A stretch of DNA of 64,000 bases from an uncultured beta proteobacterium (GTDB lineage: Bacteria > Pseudomonadota > Gammaproteobacteria > Burkholderiales > Casimicrobiaceae): assembly GCA_963834045.1 (NCBI GenBank), contig CAWIAK010000015.1, positions 5,892 through 69,891 on the forward strand. The letters are read 5' to 3'. The translations under genes were made by a program, and so were the position numbers. This document shows positions 11,015-23,252 of the stretch, in pieces; position 1 is the first letter of the stretch, and every line of letters starts with the position of its first letter. The notes beneath the pieces were generated by a model. The model made no database searches and was not told the origin of the DNA. It saw only the letters and a program-made list of their open reading frames with translations.

Positions 11015-12898
11015 GTGAGCAATTCCACTCCCGCCAAGCACCGGATGTCCGCCCTGGTGGTCGGCGCCATCGGCGTCGTCTACGGCGACATCGGCACCAG
11101 TCCGCTGTATACGCTGCGCGAGGCGTTCCACGGGCCGCATGCGCTGCCGCTGACGCCTGCCAACGTGCTGGGCGTGCTGTCGGTGATCTTCTGGGCGCTC
11201 GTCATCGTCGTGACGTTCAAGTACGTGACGCTGGTGCTGCGCGCCGACAATCACGGCGAAGGCGGCGTGCTGGCGCTGACCGCGCTGGTTTCGCGCGGAC
11301 TGGAAGGACAGCCGCGGCGGCGCTGGTGGCTGGTCGGCTTCGGCATCTTCGGCGCGGCGATGTTCTACGGCGACGGCATGATCACGCCGGCGATCTCGGT
11401 GCTGTCCGCGGTCGAGGGACTGGAGGTCATGGCGCCGGGGCTGCACCCGTTCGTCGTGCCGACGACGATCGCCATTCTCGTCGCGCTGTTCGCGATCCAG
11501 CGCCACGGCACGGGCCGCGTCGGCGCGTTCTTCGGGCCGGTGATGTGCGTCTGGTTCGTCGTGATCGCGCTGCTCGGCGTGATCGGGCATCGCGCGTGAG
11601 CCGGGCGTGCTGGCGGCGATCAATCCGCGTTACGCGATCGGGTTCTTCGTGGACCACCCGACGCTTTCGTTCCTGGCGCTCGGCGCCATCGTGCTGGCGG
11701 TGACCGGCACCGAAGCGCTCTACGCCGACATGGGGCACTTCGGCAAGTCGCCGATACGCAGGGCATGGGTCCTGTTCGTCATGCCCGCGCTGGTGCTCAA
11801 CTACTTCGGCCAGGGCGCGCTGATCCTCGTCGGATCCGACCGCGGTGAAGAATCCGTTCTACCTGCTGGCGCCGGCGTGGGCGCTGCTGCCGCTGGTGGT
11901 GCTCGCGACCTGCGCCACGGTGATCGCGTCGCAGGCGGTGATTTCCGGCGCGTTCTCGCTGACCCGGCAGGCGATCCAGATGGGCTACTGCCCGCGGCTG
12001 ACGATCCCGCACACGTCGGAGCGGCAGATCGGGCAGATCTACATCCCGTTCATCAACTGGGCGCTGCTGATCGCCGTGATCCTGCTGGTGATCGGATTCA
12101 GGAGCTCGAGCAATCTCGCCGGCGCGTACGGGATCGCGGTGACGCTGGCGATGCTGATCGATTCGATTTCGCTCTTCGTCGTCATGCGGCGGCTGTGGCA
12201 ATGGCCGACCGCCCTCGCGCTGGCCATCGCCGTCCCGTTCATCGTGATCGACGTCGCGTTCCTCGCGTCGAACTCGCTCAAGATTCCCGAAGGCGGCTGG
12301 TTCCCGATCCTGAGCGGCATCGTCGTGTTCACGCGTGCTGACGACGTGGAAGCGCGGGCGCGCCATCCTGATGAAACGCCTGTCCGACGACGCGATGCCC
12401 CTCGACCTCTTCATCCAGAGCGTGGAAGCGTCGCCGCCCACGCGCGTCGAGGGCACGGCGATATTCCTCACCTCGTCGCTCAATTCGGTGCCGCACGCGC
12501 TGCTGCACAACCTGAAGCACAACAAGGTGCTGCACGAGCGAATCGTGTTCCTGACCGTCGTGACCGGCGACGTTCCCACGGTGCCGGTCGACGAGCGCTA
12601 CGAGGCCAAGCCGCTGGGGTGCGACTTCTTCCAGATCGTCGCGCACTACGGCTTCAAGGACGACCCGGACATCCCGGAGCTTTTGGACGAGTGCGGCCGC
12701 CGCGGATTCGTCTTCGACATGATGGAGACGTCGTTCTTCGTGTCGCGGGAAACGCTGATCCCCACGGTGGCCCCCGGCATGGCGCTGTGGCGCGAGAGGC
12801 TGTTCGTGTCGATGTCGAAGAACGCGACCAAGGCGTCGGACTTCTTCCGCATTCCGTCCAATCGCGTGGTGGAGCTGGGCACGCAGGTGGAGCTCTAG
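11015..12898 (+). CDS. kup: Potassium uptake protein Kup (frameshifted)
   Basis: [68 protein letters not shown]. Confidence 0.96.
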
Positions 12899-12920
12899 AC
12901 GGGGACTCCCGGGCGGCGCG

Positions 12921-13528
12921 TCAGCGCGCGCGGTATTTCCACTCCTTGGATTTGCCTTCCCCGATCCATTCGATCGCGGTCGCGAGGCGCTTGCTGCGCG
13001 TGTCGTCACGCTTGGCGCCGACGAGCCACTCGATGTATTCGCGGCGATGGCTCAGGCTCATCGCGTCGAAGTTTGCCTGCGCGACGCGATTTGCGCGCAG
13101 GGCCAGGGCGAGGTCGGCGGGCACTTCGGCGGCGCCTTCGGCTTGTGGCTCACTGCGCGCGGCGACTTGACGCCGGATTCGTTGAGTTCCGTCGCCTGGC
13201 GGATCAGCGCCTTCAGCGCCGCGTCCTTCGGCAGGTCGGCGAGCTTCGTTATCCGCCCGAACTGACCCATGGCTGCTTCGCCGCCAGCCTGCGCGCCCGC
13301 GTTCGCGCGCATGTCCGCGTGCCAGAAGCCGAACGCGCAATGCGTCTTGAACGCCGCCATCGAGCACAGCACCCCCTTGTGCTCGAAATGGGGAAAGCCC
13401 CACTTGATCGTTTCGATGGCCGAAGGACAGGCGGCGTGCACCAGCGTGCGCAAGTGCGTCAGGATGGGCTGCGCGAATTCGGCGGAACGGGCGATGTAGG
13501 CGTCGACGCGGTTGTCGTGAGTTCCCAT
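12921..13528 (-). CDS. YdeI/OmpD-associated family protein (DUF1801 plus OmdA domains), frameshift near 13130
   Basis: VDAYI...[10 protein letters not shown]...[10 protein letters not shown]; C-terminal [18 protein letters not shown]. Confidence 0.85.
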
Positions 13529-13704
13529 GATTGTCCCCTCTGCTATCCGGAGCCGTCGTCGCCGTGGGGCGCACGGGCGGATTCTAATCCTGACGCGGAT
13601 TTCGCGGGTCGCTTGCCGCGCGGACGAGACGCGAGACGTTCACGGCTGCTGTCGACGAGGGTCGATCGGGGTTGTGGCTTCGCATTGCAGTCGGGGGGAT
13701 CTGA

Positions 13705-15273
13705 ATGCGCTTCCATTCTTTCATAGTCGGCGGCATCGTGATATTCGCGAACGCGCTGGCTGCCGCCGAACCATTGCCGTCCAGCGCCGAACTCGCGAAA
13801 TCGCTCGCGCCCTTGCTGGCCAAGCCGCTTCCCTCCATCGAATCCCTCGTCGGCGTCGCCATGCCGCCGCCGTCGCCGCTGATGGTCGTGGCGAGCTTGG
13901 GCGACGACGCATCGCTGCCCGATCAGGATCGCGGCTACGCGATCGGATTCACGCTGAACGAGCTGCTGTTCGACGCCGATCCCAAGCTCGACGTGGTCGC
14001 CCCCTGGCATTACCAGTACGACACGCGAATGAAGGGCGCGCCACGCGGCCTGAACCGCGACAGCGCCGCCAATGCGTATCGCGCCGCCTCGCGCGATCAT
14101 GCGGATTGGTGTGCTCATGGCCGGGCAAGCGGGGCGAAGCCGATGCTGGTCGACCTTGTTGTCGACGGATGCGCAGCCGGGAAGTCGTCCCATTCCCGAC
14201 GCTGGGTGATCCTCACTGACGCCGAGTGGCCCGGAGTCCTCGCGGAGATGTGCGAGTTCGCCGTCGCCAGCACCCGAGGCGAACTCGCGCCGAAGGCGCT
14301 TGCATCGTGCGGACGCGCGCGCGCAATCCGCCCCGACAGCCTGCAGGCGCTCGCGCGTTTTGGCGGCTCCAAGGAGAATCGGGCATGGGCGACGCTTGAG
14401 ACGATGGTTGCCGCCGATCCGAAGTTTGCTCCCGCGGCGATCGAATATCTTTGGCGCCTGACCTACAGCGCCGAACGGCGCAACGCCTATTGGGACCGGG
14501 TGGGCGTGATCGCCGAGGGACTGCCGCAGTCAAGCGCGGTCCAGCTGCTCGCTCATTCGCAACTTGCGCGCTACTTCGGTTGGACCGTCCGCGTTGCTCC
14601 CTATCCGAGTTTCATTGCGCTCGTTCGCGAGCATCCCAATGGCTACGCGGCCTGGCTGTCCCTTGCTTCGGCGCTTGCGGGAGGTTACCCGGAGGATGCG
14701 CCGGAGGAGACGCTGCTGACGCGACTGCTGCCCAAGAAGGTGACCGATTGGCTGGTGCCGCACCCATTTCGTCCTCCCAACGAGGCGACGCATACGATGT
14801 CGCTGGCGCTGACCCTGGGCATTTATGAGCGTTGGCCGCAGTCGTATCGGACCCATTGGCAGGTGGCCTATGCGCTCCAGCGTTACGGATGGATGCTGCG
14901 TGGCGGTCGTTACTGGCAGGAGGTTTCCGCGATCGGCAGGCGCGGCTTCCCCGTATTCATCGGCTGGTCCGAGCAGTTCTTCCAATCGACGCTTCGCATC
15001 AACCCCGATGCCGACGACGCATGGTGGGGGTTGATGGTCGCCACGAAACTCAATGGTGGCGACTGGCTCGCAGTATTCGACAGGGCCGTTGAGGCCACTC
15101 CCCACGAGTGGGGGCTCTACGATTCGGCCATGAGCTACGCGATTGGGCGATGGGGCGGTGACGCCGAGACGCGCCAGCGAATCGAGAGCGCGGCGATCGC
15201 AAACAACCCGAGCGCAGCGTGGGCGAAGGAGTTGCGGACCCGGTGGGAGGCTTTTGACAAGACCGAGAAATGA
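13705..15273 (+). CDS. Exported hypothetical protein with a DUF4034-like/TPR-like C-terminus
   Basis: Intact 522-aa ORF with a signal peptide. GWMLRGGRYWQEVS and YAIGRWGGD resemble DUF4034 motifs (by eye). Confidence 0.7.
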   Translation: MRFHSFIVGGIVIFANALAAAEPLPSSAELAKSLAPLLAKPLPSIESLVGVAMPPPSPLMVVASLGDDASLPDQDRGYAIGFTLNELLFDADPKLDVVAPWHYQYDTRMKGAPRGLNRDSAANAYRAASRDHADWCAHGRASGAKPMLVDLVVDGCAAGKSSHSRRWVILTDAEWPGVLAEMCEFAVASTRGELAPKALASCGRARAIRPDSLQALARFGGSKENRAWATLETMVAADPKFAPAAIEYLWRLTYSAERRNAYWDRVGVIAEGLPQSSAVQLLAHSQLARYFGWTVRVAPYPSFIALVREHPNGYAAWLSLASALAGGYPEDAPEETLLTRLLPKKVTDWLVPHPFRPPNEATHTMSLALTLGIYERWPQSYRTHWQVAYALQRYGWMLRGGRYWQEVSAIGRRGFPVFIGWSEQFFQSTLRINPDADDAWWGLMVATKLNGGDWLAVFDRAVEATPHEWGLYDSAMSYAIGRWGGDAETRQRIESAAIANNPSAAWAKELRTRWEAFDKTEK

Positions 15274-15291
15274 CGGCGCGGCGAGTGCCGG

Positions 15292-15316
15292 AAAAACGCC
15301 GGCTCGAGGCCGGCGT
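15292..15316 (-). terminator. Intrinsic terminator after rpoH
   Basis: Minus strand ACGCCGGC-CTCGA-GCCGGCGT followed by a T run. Confidence 0.7.
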
Positions 15317-15343
15317 CGTGTTGCGTGCAGCGGTTGCGCGTTG

Positions 15344-16205
<862 letters not shown>

Positions 16206-16274
16206 GCCATGCCTCCAAGTTGGGGTGTCGCCGCTGCTCGTCCGAGCACGCAACCGCGAACCACCGAATTGATT

Positions 16275-16301
16275 TTAGCACTCAGGTCATTGGAGTGCTA
16301 A
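16275..16301. promoter_or_regulatory. CIRCE element (HrcA operator)
   Basis: Perfect TTAGCACTC-N9-GAGTGCTAA, 70 nt upstream of rpoH. Confidence 0.95.
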
Positions 16302-16316
16302 GTGTGCGGCAAGTTC
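16290..16316 (-). promoter_or_regulatory. SigmaE-type promoter for rpoH
   Basis: Minus strand GAACTT-N16-TCCAA, close to the RpoE consensus GAACTT-N16-TCnnA. Confidence 0.7.
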
Positions 16317-16532
16317 CCGACCAAATCAATCGGGTTTAAGCTGGAACCTCCGTGGCGGGAGCCGCTTCCTTCGCCAGATCCAAAGCCAAATGCCATTGAA
16401 ATCAACGACTAACGACGATGGTGAGTGTTCACTATCAGCAAGCGTCGCCATGGAAAGCGCCGCCGTCCGCGACTGCCGCCAACCTCTACAATGGCAGCCC
16501 CATCCAACCGAATTCGACCCTGCCTGCGTGCC

Positions 16533-17298
16533 ATGGTTCGTCACGGCGTCTCGACCCGAGGAGAGATCTACGTCGCGCTGGTGCTGGTGGCCGGAGCCGC
16601 GCTCTGGCTGTTCACGCCGGCCTTGGCGCAGCCCGAGAACTATTTCCCGTTCGCGGACCAGCGCCCGTGGCTCGGGATACCCAACGCGGCCGATGTCCTA
16701 TCCAACCTCGCGTTCGTGGCCGTCGGCGTGCTCGGGCTATACCGATTGCTGCAGGGGGAGCGGCTGCTGGCGCCGGTGGTGCGTCTCAGCCTCGGGCGTA
16801 CTCTTCGTCGGCCTTTTCGCGACCGGTTTCGGATCCGCCTACTTCCACTGGAATCCGACCAACGAGACGCTGGTCGGCGACAGGTTGCCGATGACCGTCG
16901 TCTTTGCCGGCGTGTTCGGCGCGATGCTGGCCGAACGCATCAGCAGCCGCAGCGGCTTCATTGTCCTGCTGCTGATGCTGGTCGTCGGCCCGGCGAGCGT
17001 CTTGTACTGGCACGCGACCGGCGACCTGTCGCTGTATGCGGTGATCCAGTTCGGCGGCATGGCGGCGATATTGCTGTTGCTGAGCCTGACCCCGCGCGGC
17101 CACGATTCGTTTCCCTGGTGGGCGCTGATCGCCTGGTACGGCGTCGCAAAGATCGCGGAGTTCGGCGATGTCTTCGTCTGGAACGCGACCCGCGAACTGT
17201 TCGCCGGACACATGCTGAAGCACCTGGCGGCGGCGGCGGGCGGGCTGGCAATCGCCAATGCGCTGCGCGGCCCATCTGCCTCGCCGCGACGAGCCTAG
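16533..17298 (+). CDS. Alkaline ceramidase-like (CREST family) membrane hydrolase, frameshift near 16795
   Basis: FADQR..LGIPN..DVLSNLAF, SAYFHW (SxxxH), DRLPM, GHMLKHL (HxxxH); multiple TM segments. Confidence 0.8.
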
Positions 17299-18650
17299 CG
17301 CGGCAACGTGTTCTTGTAGATCGTCCCGTCCTTCATGATGACGACGAAATTCTTGTCCGGATTCTCGATCAGCTTGAGGTTCTCGACCGGGTTGCCGTCG
17401 ACGAGCAGCAGGTCGGCAAGCGCGCCCTCCTCCACCACGCCCAGTTTGCCCGGATAAGGATTGCGCGGTCCGGACAGGCGCAGCAATTCGGCGTTGATGC
17501 CGGTCGCCATCGTCAGCACTTCGGCCGGCGTGTACCACCGGCCCATCTTGACCAGCTCGGACCCCTGCTTCGCCGCGGCGGCCGCCGAGAACAGGATGTC
17601 GGTTCCAAAGGCGGTCTTGAGCTTGTACTTTTTCGCCAGCGCGACCGTTCGCTCGGTGCCGGCATGGACCTGCTGCAGCCGCAACAGGTTGGCCGGCGCC
17701 AGCCGCGGAGGCTCGCCGTCGTCCGTGAACGGCTGGAAGGAGAGCCAGATGCCCTTTTCGGCCATCAGCTTCGCCGTCGGTTCGTCCATCAGGTGCCCGT
17801 GCTCGATGACCTTGACGCCCGCGGCGATCGCCCGCTGGATCGCGGCCGGCGTATAGGCGTGGACGGCGACGTAGGTGCCCCAGTTTTCCGCGGCCTCCAC
17901 CGCGGCGCGCAATTCCGCTTCGGTGAATGTCGAGACGTCGAGCGGACTGTGCGGCGACGCCACGCCGCCGCCGGCCGTGAGCTTGATCTGCGACGCGCCC
18001 AGCAGCAGCTGCTCGCGCGCGCGAACCCGCACCTCGTCGGGGCTGTCGGCGATCGCGCTTCCGCCGATCTGCTCCCCGCGCGTCAGCGGACCTCCGATGA
18101 CGCGGGGTAACTCGAAGGGCTGGCGGAAGTCGCCGTGACCGCCGGTGATGGTGATCATCGCGCCGGACGGATAGATGCGCGGGCCGATGACGAGCCCTTC
18201 GTCGATCGCGCGCTTGAGCGCGAACGACGGTCCGCCCATGTCGCGCACGGTGGTGAAGCCGCGCATCAGCGTGGCGGCCGCCTCGACGCTGGCCAGCAGG
18301 TTGGTGTAACCGACATCGCCGGTGATGGCCTCGGCCGGCGTCGGGCGCGCGAGAATCGTGTGCCAGTGATTGTCGATGAGGCCGGGCATCAGCGTGCGGC
18401 CGTTGCCGGCGATGACCGTGGCGCGCACGTCGGGCTCGATCGCGACAGGTCCCGCGGAAATGCGCGCGATGGTCTGCCCCTTGACGAGCACGTTGGTCGG
18501 CCCGGACAGCGTACCGCTCTTGCCATCGAAGACGCGTACGTTCTGGAACAGCGTCACCGGCGTCGACGGCCCCTGCTGCGCGACGCACACGCCGCACGCG
18601 GCGACGAGCAGCGTCGCGGCGATCGCCACCCGTGTCACGGCAACCATCAT
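17295..18650 (-). CDS. Exported metal-dependent amidohydrolase
   Basis: Signal peptide, LMPGLIDNHWH, RGFTTVRDMGG, GGHGD, VAVHA, IEHG, AFGTD, GALADLLLVDGNP. Confidence 0.9.
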   Translation of the reverse strand: MMVAVTRVAIAATLLVAACGVCVAQQGPSTPVTLFQNVRVFDGKSGTLSGPTNVLVKGQTIARISAGPVAIEPDVRATVIAGNGRTLMPGLIDNHWHTILARPTPAEAITGDVGYTNLLASVEAAATLMRGFTTVRDMGGPSFALKRAIDEGLVIGPRIYPSGAMITITGGHGDFRQPFELPRVIGGPLTRGEQIGGSAIADSPDEVRVRAREQLLLGASQIKLTAGGGVASPHSPLDVSTFTEAELRAAVEAAENWGTYVAVHAYTPAAIQRAIAAGVKVIEHGHLMDEPTAKLMAEKGIWLSFQPFTDDGEPPRLAPANLLRLQQVHAGTERTVALAKKYKLKTAFGTDILFSAAAAAKQGSELVKMGRWYTPAEVLTMATGINAELLRLSGPRNPYPGKLGVVEEGALADLLLVDGNPVENLKLIENPDKNFVVIMKDGTIYKNTLPR

Positions 18651-18782
18651 GGGCGTCCTTCGGAAGGGAATTGAAGGGGCCGGGCACGCGACACCCGTCG
18701 CTGGAACCGGCAGCGGCAATTCTAGCAAGTCCATACGCACAGGCTAGAATCCGCGTACTTCGAGCATCGCCAATGCGCGCCC

Positions 18783-19823
18783 ATGAACAGCACTGAATAC
18801 CGCCCGGCACCGACGTGGGGAAGTCGCGTCACGGGCGCGCTGCGCGCCATCATCCTCGGGGTCGCGCATGTCTGCGCTGCAGTGCTGTTGATCTGGGCGG
18901 CGCTGGCGATCAACTATTCGAACCTGCCATGGCCGTGGCTGCGGCTGGCATTGGCGGTGGCTTTCGCCGCTTTCGGCATCTGGGCTTTGTGGATCGCGCG
19001 CAGACCGCGCATGCGCTGGGTGCTCGCGGGACTCTTTCTCGTCGTGTGCGCGTGGTGGGCGACCATCCTGCCATCGCACGACCGCGATTGGCGCCGCGAC
19101 GTCGCGGTGATGCCGCACGCCGTGATCGACGGCGACCGCGTGCGCATCACGGGAGTTCGCGATTTCGACTACCGGAGCCGGAACGACTTCACGCCACGCT
19201 ACCTGGAGCGCGAAGTGTCGCTGTCGCATCTGACCGGCGTGGACTTCTACGTGTCGTTCTGGATGGAAGGCCCCATCGGGCACACGTTCCTGAGCTTCAT
19301 GTTCGACAACGCTCCGCCGCTGAGCATCTCCATCGAGACGCGGCCCGAGGCGCACGAAGGCTATTCGCCGCTGGCGTCGATGTTCAAGCAATATGAACTC
19401 ATCTACATCGTCGGCGAAGAGCGCGACCTGGTCCGCCTGCGCACCAACTACCGCGACGAGGAAGTGTTTCTCTACCACCTGGCCATTTCGCCGGAGGCCG
19501 CGCGGCGGTTGTTCCTCGTGTATCTCGAGCGGATCAACGAACTCTACGGGCAGGCCGAGTGGTACCACCTGCTCTCCAACAGCTGCACGATCAACATCGT
19601 CAGGTATGCGAACGTCGCCGGCCGGACCGGCGGACTCGACATCCGGCATGTGCTCAACGGTTTGATCGACCGCTATTTCTACAACACCGGCCTCGTCAAC
19701 ACGTCGCTGGGTTTCGACGAATTGCGCCGTCGCTCCAACATCACGGAGATTTCACGCGCGGCCGGCAATGGCGACGATTTCCCGCAGCGGATACGCGCGA
19801 ACCTGCCCCCGGCGCGGCCCTGA
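18783..19823 (+). CDS. DUF4105 (Lnb N-terminal-like) membrane protein
   Basis: Three N-terminal TMs, GHTFLSF, SIETR, KQYELIYIV..ERD, YHLLSNSCT. Confidence 0.82.
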   Translation: MNSTEYRPAPTWGSRVTGALRAIILGVAHVCAAVLLIWAALAINYSNLPWPWLRLALAVAFAAFGIWALWIARRPRMRWVLAGLFLVVCAWWATILPSHDRDWRRDVAVMPHAVIDGDRVRITGVRDFDYRSRNDFTPRYLEREVSLSHLTGVDFYVSFWMEGPIGHTFLSFMFDNAPPLSISIETRPEAHEGYSPLASMFKQYELIYIVGEERDLVRLRTNYRDEEVFLYHLAISPEAARRLFLVYLERINELYGQAEWYHLLSNSCTINIVRYANVAGRTGGLDIRHVLNGLIDRYFYNTGLVNTSLGFDELRRRSNITEISRAAGNGDDFPQRIRANLPPARP

Positions 19824-19825
19824 CG

Positions 19826-20785
19826 TCAGGACGATGGAGGCAGCAGCGCGTCGACGAACTCGCGCGCGACGAAGGGACGCAGGTCGTCGACCGCCTCACC
19901 CACGCCGATGAAGCGCAGCGGCACCGGGTGCTGCTTGGCGATCGCGGCGACAACGCCGCCGCGGGCGCTTCCATCCAGTTTCGTGACGATGAGACCGGTG
20001 AGGCCGACGGCTTCGTCGAACGCCCTCACCTGCGCCAGCGCGTTCTGGCCGGTGTTGGCGTCGAGGACGAGCATCACCTCATGCGGCGCCCCCGCTTCGG
20101 CCTTGCCCAGGACGCGTTTCACCTTGCGCAGCTCCTCCATCAGGTGCGCCTGCGTCGGCAGCCGCCCGGCCGTATCCGCGAGCACGACGTCTAGCCTTCG
20201 CGCGCGCGCCGCGGCCACCGCGTCGAACATGACGGCCGCCGGGTCGCCGCCCGCCTGCTGGATCACGGCGACGCCGTTGCGCTCGCCCCACACCACGAGT
20301 TGCTCGCGCGCCGCCGCGCGGAACGTGTCGCCGGCCGCGAGCAGCACGGACAGGTTCTGCGACTGCAGCCATTTCGCAAGCTTGCCGATCGACGTCGTCT
20401 TGCCCGCGCCGTTGACGCCGGTGAGCATGATCACGAAGGGCCGCTGCGGACCGACGACCAGCGCTTGCTCTAGCGGCGCGATGAGCTCGACCATCGCTTC
20501 CGCCAGCGTTTCGCGCGGATCGGCGTTCGCCCCTGCGCGCTTCCAGCGCACGCGCAGCGCCTCGAGCAGGTGATCCGTCGCGTCGACGCCGACATCGGCG
20601 CCGAGCAGCGCATTCTCCATTTCTTCCAGCGCCGCGTCGTCCAGCACCCGGCGCACGAAGACGTCGCCGAGCGCGCCGGCAATCTTTGCGCGCGACAGGC
20701 CAAGCCCCGCCTTGAGGCGCTCGGTCCACGACGGCTTGTCCGGCGCGGGCGTTTCGGCGGGGGCTTTCTTGAACAGGTCGAACAT
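19826..20785 (-). CDS. ftsY: Signal recognition particle receptor FtsY
   Basis: GVNGAGKTTSIGKLA, DTFRAAA, DTAGRL, TKLDGSARGG, FIGVGE. Confidence 0.97.
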   Translation of the reverse strand: MFDLFKKAPAETPAPDKPSWTERLKAGLGLSRAKIAGALGDVFVRRVLDDAALEEMENALLGADVGVDATDHLLEALRVRWKRAGANADPRETLAEAMVELIAPLEQALVVGPQRPFVIMLTGVNGAGKTTSIGKLAKWLQSQNLSVLLAAGDTFRAAAREQLVVWGERNGVAVIQQAGGDPAAVMFDAVAAARARRLDVVLADTAGRLPTQAHLMEELRKVKRVLGKAEAGAPHEVMLVLDANTGQNALAQVRAFDEAVGLTGLIVTKLDGSARGGVVAAIAKQHPVPLRFIGVGEAVDDLRPFVAREFVDALLPPSS

Positions 20786-20884
20786 CGGGGAACCGGCTGT
20801 TGGAGCACAGTGCGCCGTCGCTAAGGACGGGCGGAGGCTAGAATTCTACCGGTTCGCGTTTCCACGACCTTCCTAACTCCCACG

Positions 20885-22253
<1,369 letters not shown>

Positions 22254-22763
22254 TCATCGCCGCTGGCGGACCAGCGCCACCAGCTGGTCGAACGCCTTTC
22301 CCCATCCGTCGTGGAAGCCCATCGCCTCGTGCTGCTTGCGGCTGTCCTCGTCACCGTGGATCACCAGCGCCGTGTACTTGGTGCCGGGCCCGCTGGGCTC
22401 GAGCGAAATGACCGCGGTGAACGCGAAGTCGACGCCGGGACATGCGACGGCGCGGTGGGCGGGCCGGTAGCCGGGCTCCAGCGCATTGGTCCAGACCAAC
22501 TTCCGGTTCGGCACGATCTCGAGGTAGCAGCCGGAGTTCGGGAACTCCTGCCCTTCAGGCGAGCGCATCGTCGTGCGGAAGATGCCGCCGGGACGAAGGT
22601 CGATTTCGCAATCGACGGTGGTCCACGGCGCGGGCGTGAACCACTTCATCAGGATCGAGGGCGTGGTCCATGCGCGCCAGACCAACTCCGGCGGGACATC
22701 GACGATGCGCTCGAAGACGAGGTCGAGTCGGGGATCGGCCTGGTGCACGATCGGGGAAGTCAT
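22254..22763 (-). CDS. SRPBCC/AHSA1-like ligand-binding protein
   Basis: [34 protein letters not shown]. Confidence 0.9.
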   Translation of the reverse strand: MTSPIVHQADPRLDLVFERIVDVPPELVWRAWTTPSILMKWFTPAPWTTVDCEIDLRPGGIFRTTMRSPEGQEFPNSGCYLEIVPNRKLVWTNALEPGYRPAHRAVACPGVDFAFTAVISLEPSGPGTKYTALVIHGDEDSRKQHEAMGFHDGWGKAFDQLVALVRQRR

Positions 22764-23119
22764 TTCGCATCCTCCTTCAGGGTTTTGAGCACATCGTCGA
22801 GTTGGTCCAGTCGGCATTCCCAGGCCTCGCGCTGCTTCGCCATCCATCGTTCGGCGGCCTGCAACGGTTGCGGCGCCAGCCGATAGGTGCGCACGCGCCC
22901 GCTTTTGCGGGACCGGACCAGGCCGCAGCTCTCCAGCACGTCCAGATGCTGTGAAAACGATGGCAACGCCATCCCGAACGGCTGCGCGAGCTGGCTGACC
23001 GCCGCGGGGCCGGCGCCGAGGCGCTCGAGCACGGCGCGGCGCGTAGGGTCCGCGAGGGCGTGGAAGACCCGGCTCAGTTGCGTCGATTGATTCAATTGCT
23101 GCGTCGATTGGTTAGGCAT
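22760..23119 (-). CDS. ArsR/SmtB-family transcriptional regulator
   Basis: [30 protein letters not shown]; coupled to the SRPBCC gene by ATGA. Confidence 0.92.
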   Translation of the reverse strand: MPNQSTQQLNQSTQLSRVFHALADPTRRAVLERLGAGPAAVSQLAQPFGMALPSFSQHLDVLESCGLVRSRKSGRVRTYRLAPQPLQAAERWMAKQREAWECRLDQLDDVLKTLKEDAK

Positions 23120-23128
23120 TTGCCTAAC
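23111..23128. promoter_or_regulatory. Probable ArsR auto-operator
   Basis: Perfect inverted repeat GTTAGGCA-TT-TGCCTAAC covering the regulator's start codon. Confidence 0.7.
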
Positions 23129-23252
23129 TATATGCCGTACGCGGCCGCGGCGTCAACGGCCCGTGCGGTTGCCGCGCGACCGGGCTGCGAATGAGTGCTG
23201 CGCCAACGAAAACGGCCCGCGATCGCGGGCCGTCTGCGGCTGCATGGCGAAC

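Noticed and set aside
9695-11599. Apparent NtrX-Kup fusion ORF (634 aa)
   Set aside because: Produced by a frameshift near 10500; ntrX ends at 10985 in another frame.
15135-15343. C-terminal extension of RpoH overlapping the neighbouring gene
   Set aside because: An out-of-frame TAA at 15344 followed by a terminator points to indel read-through.
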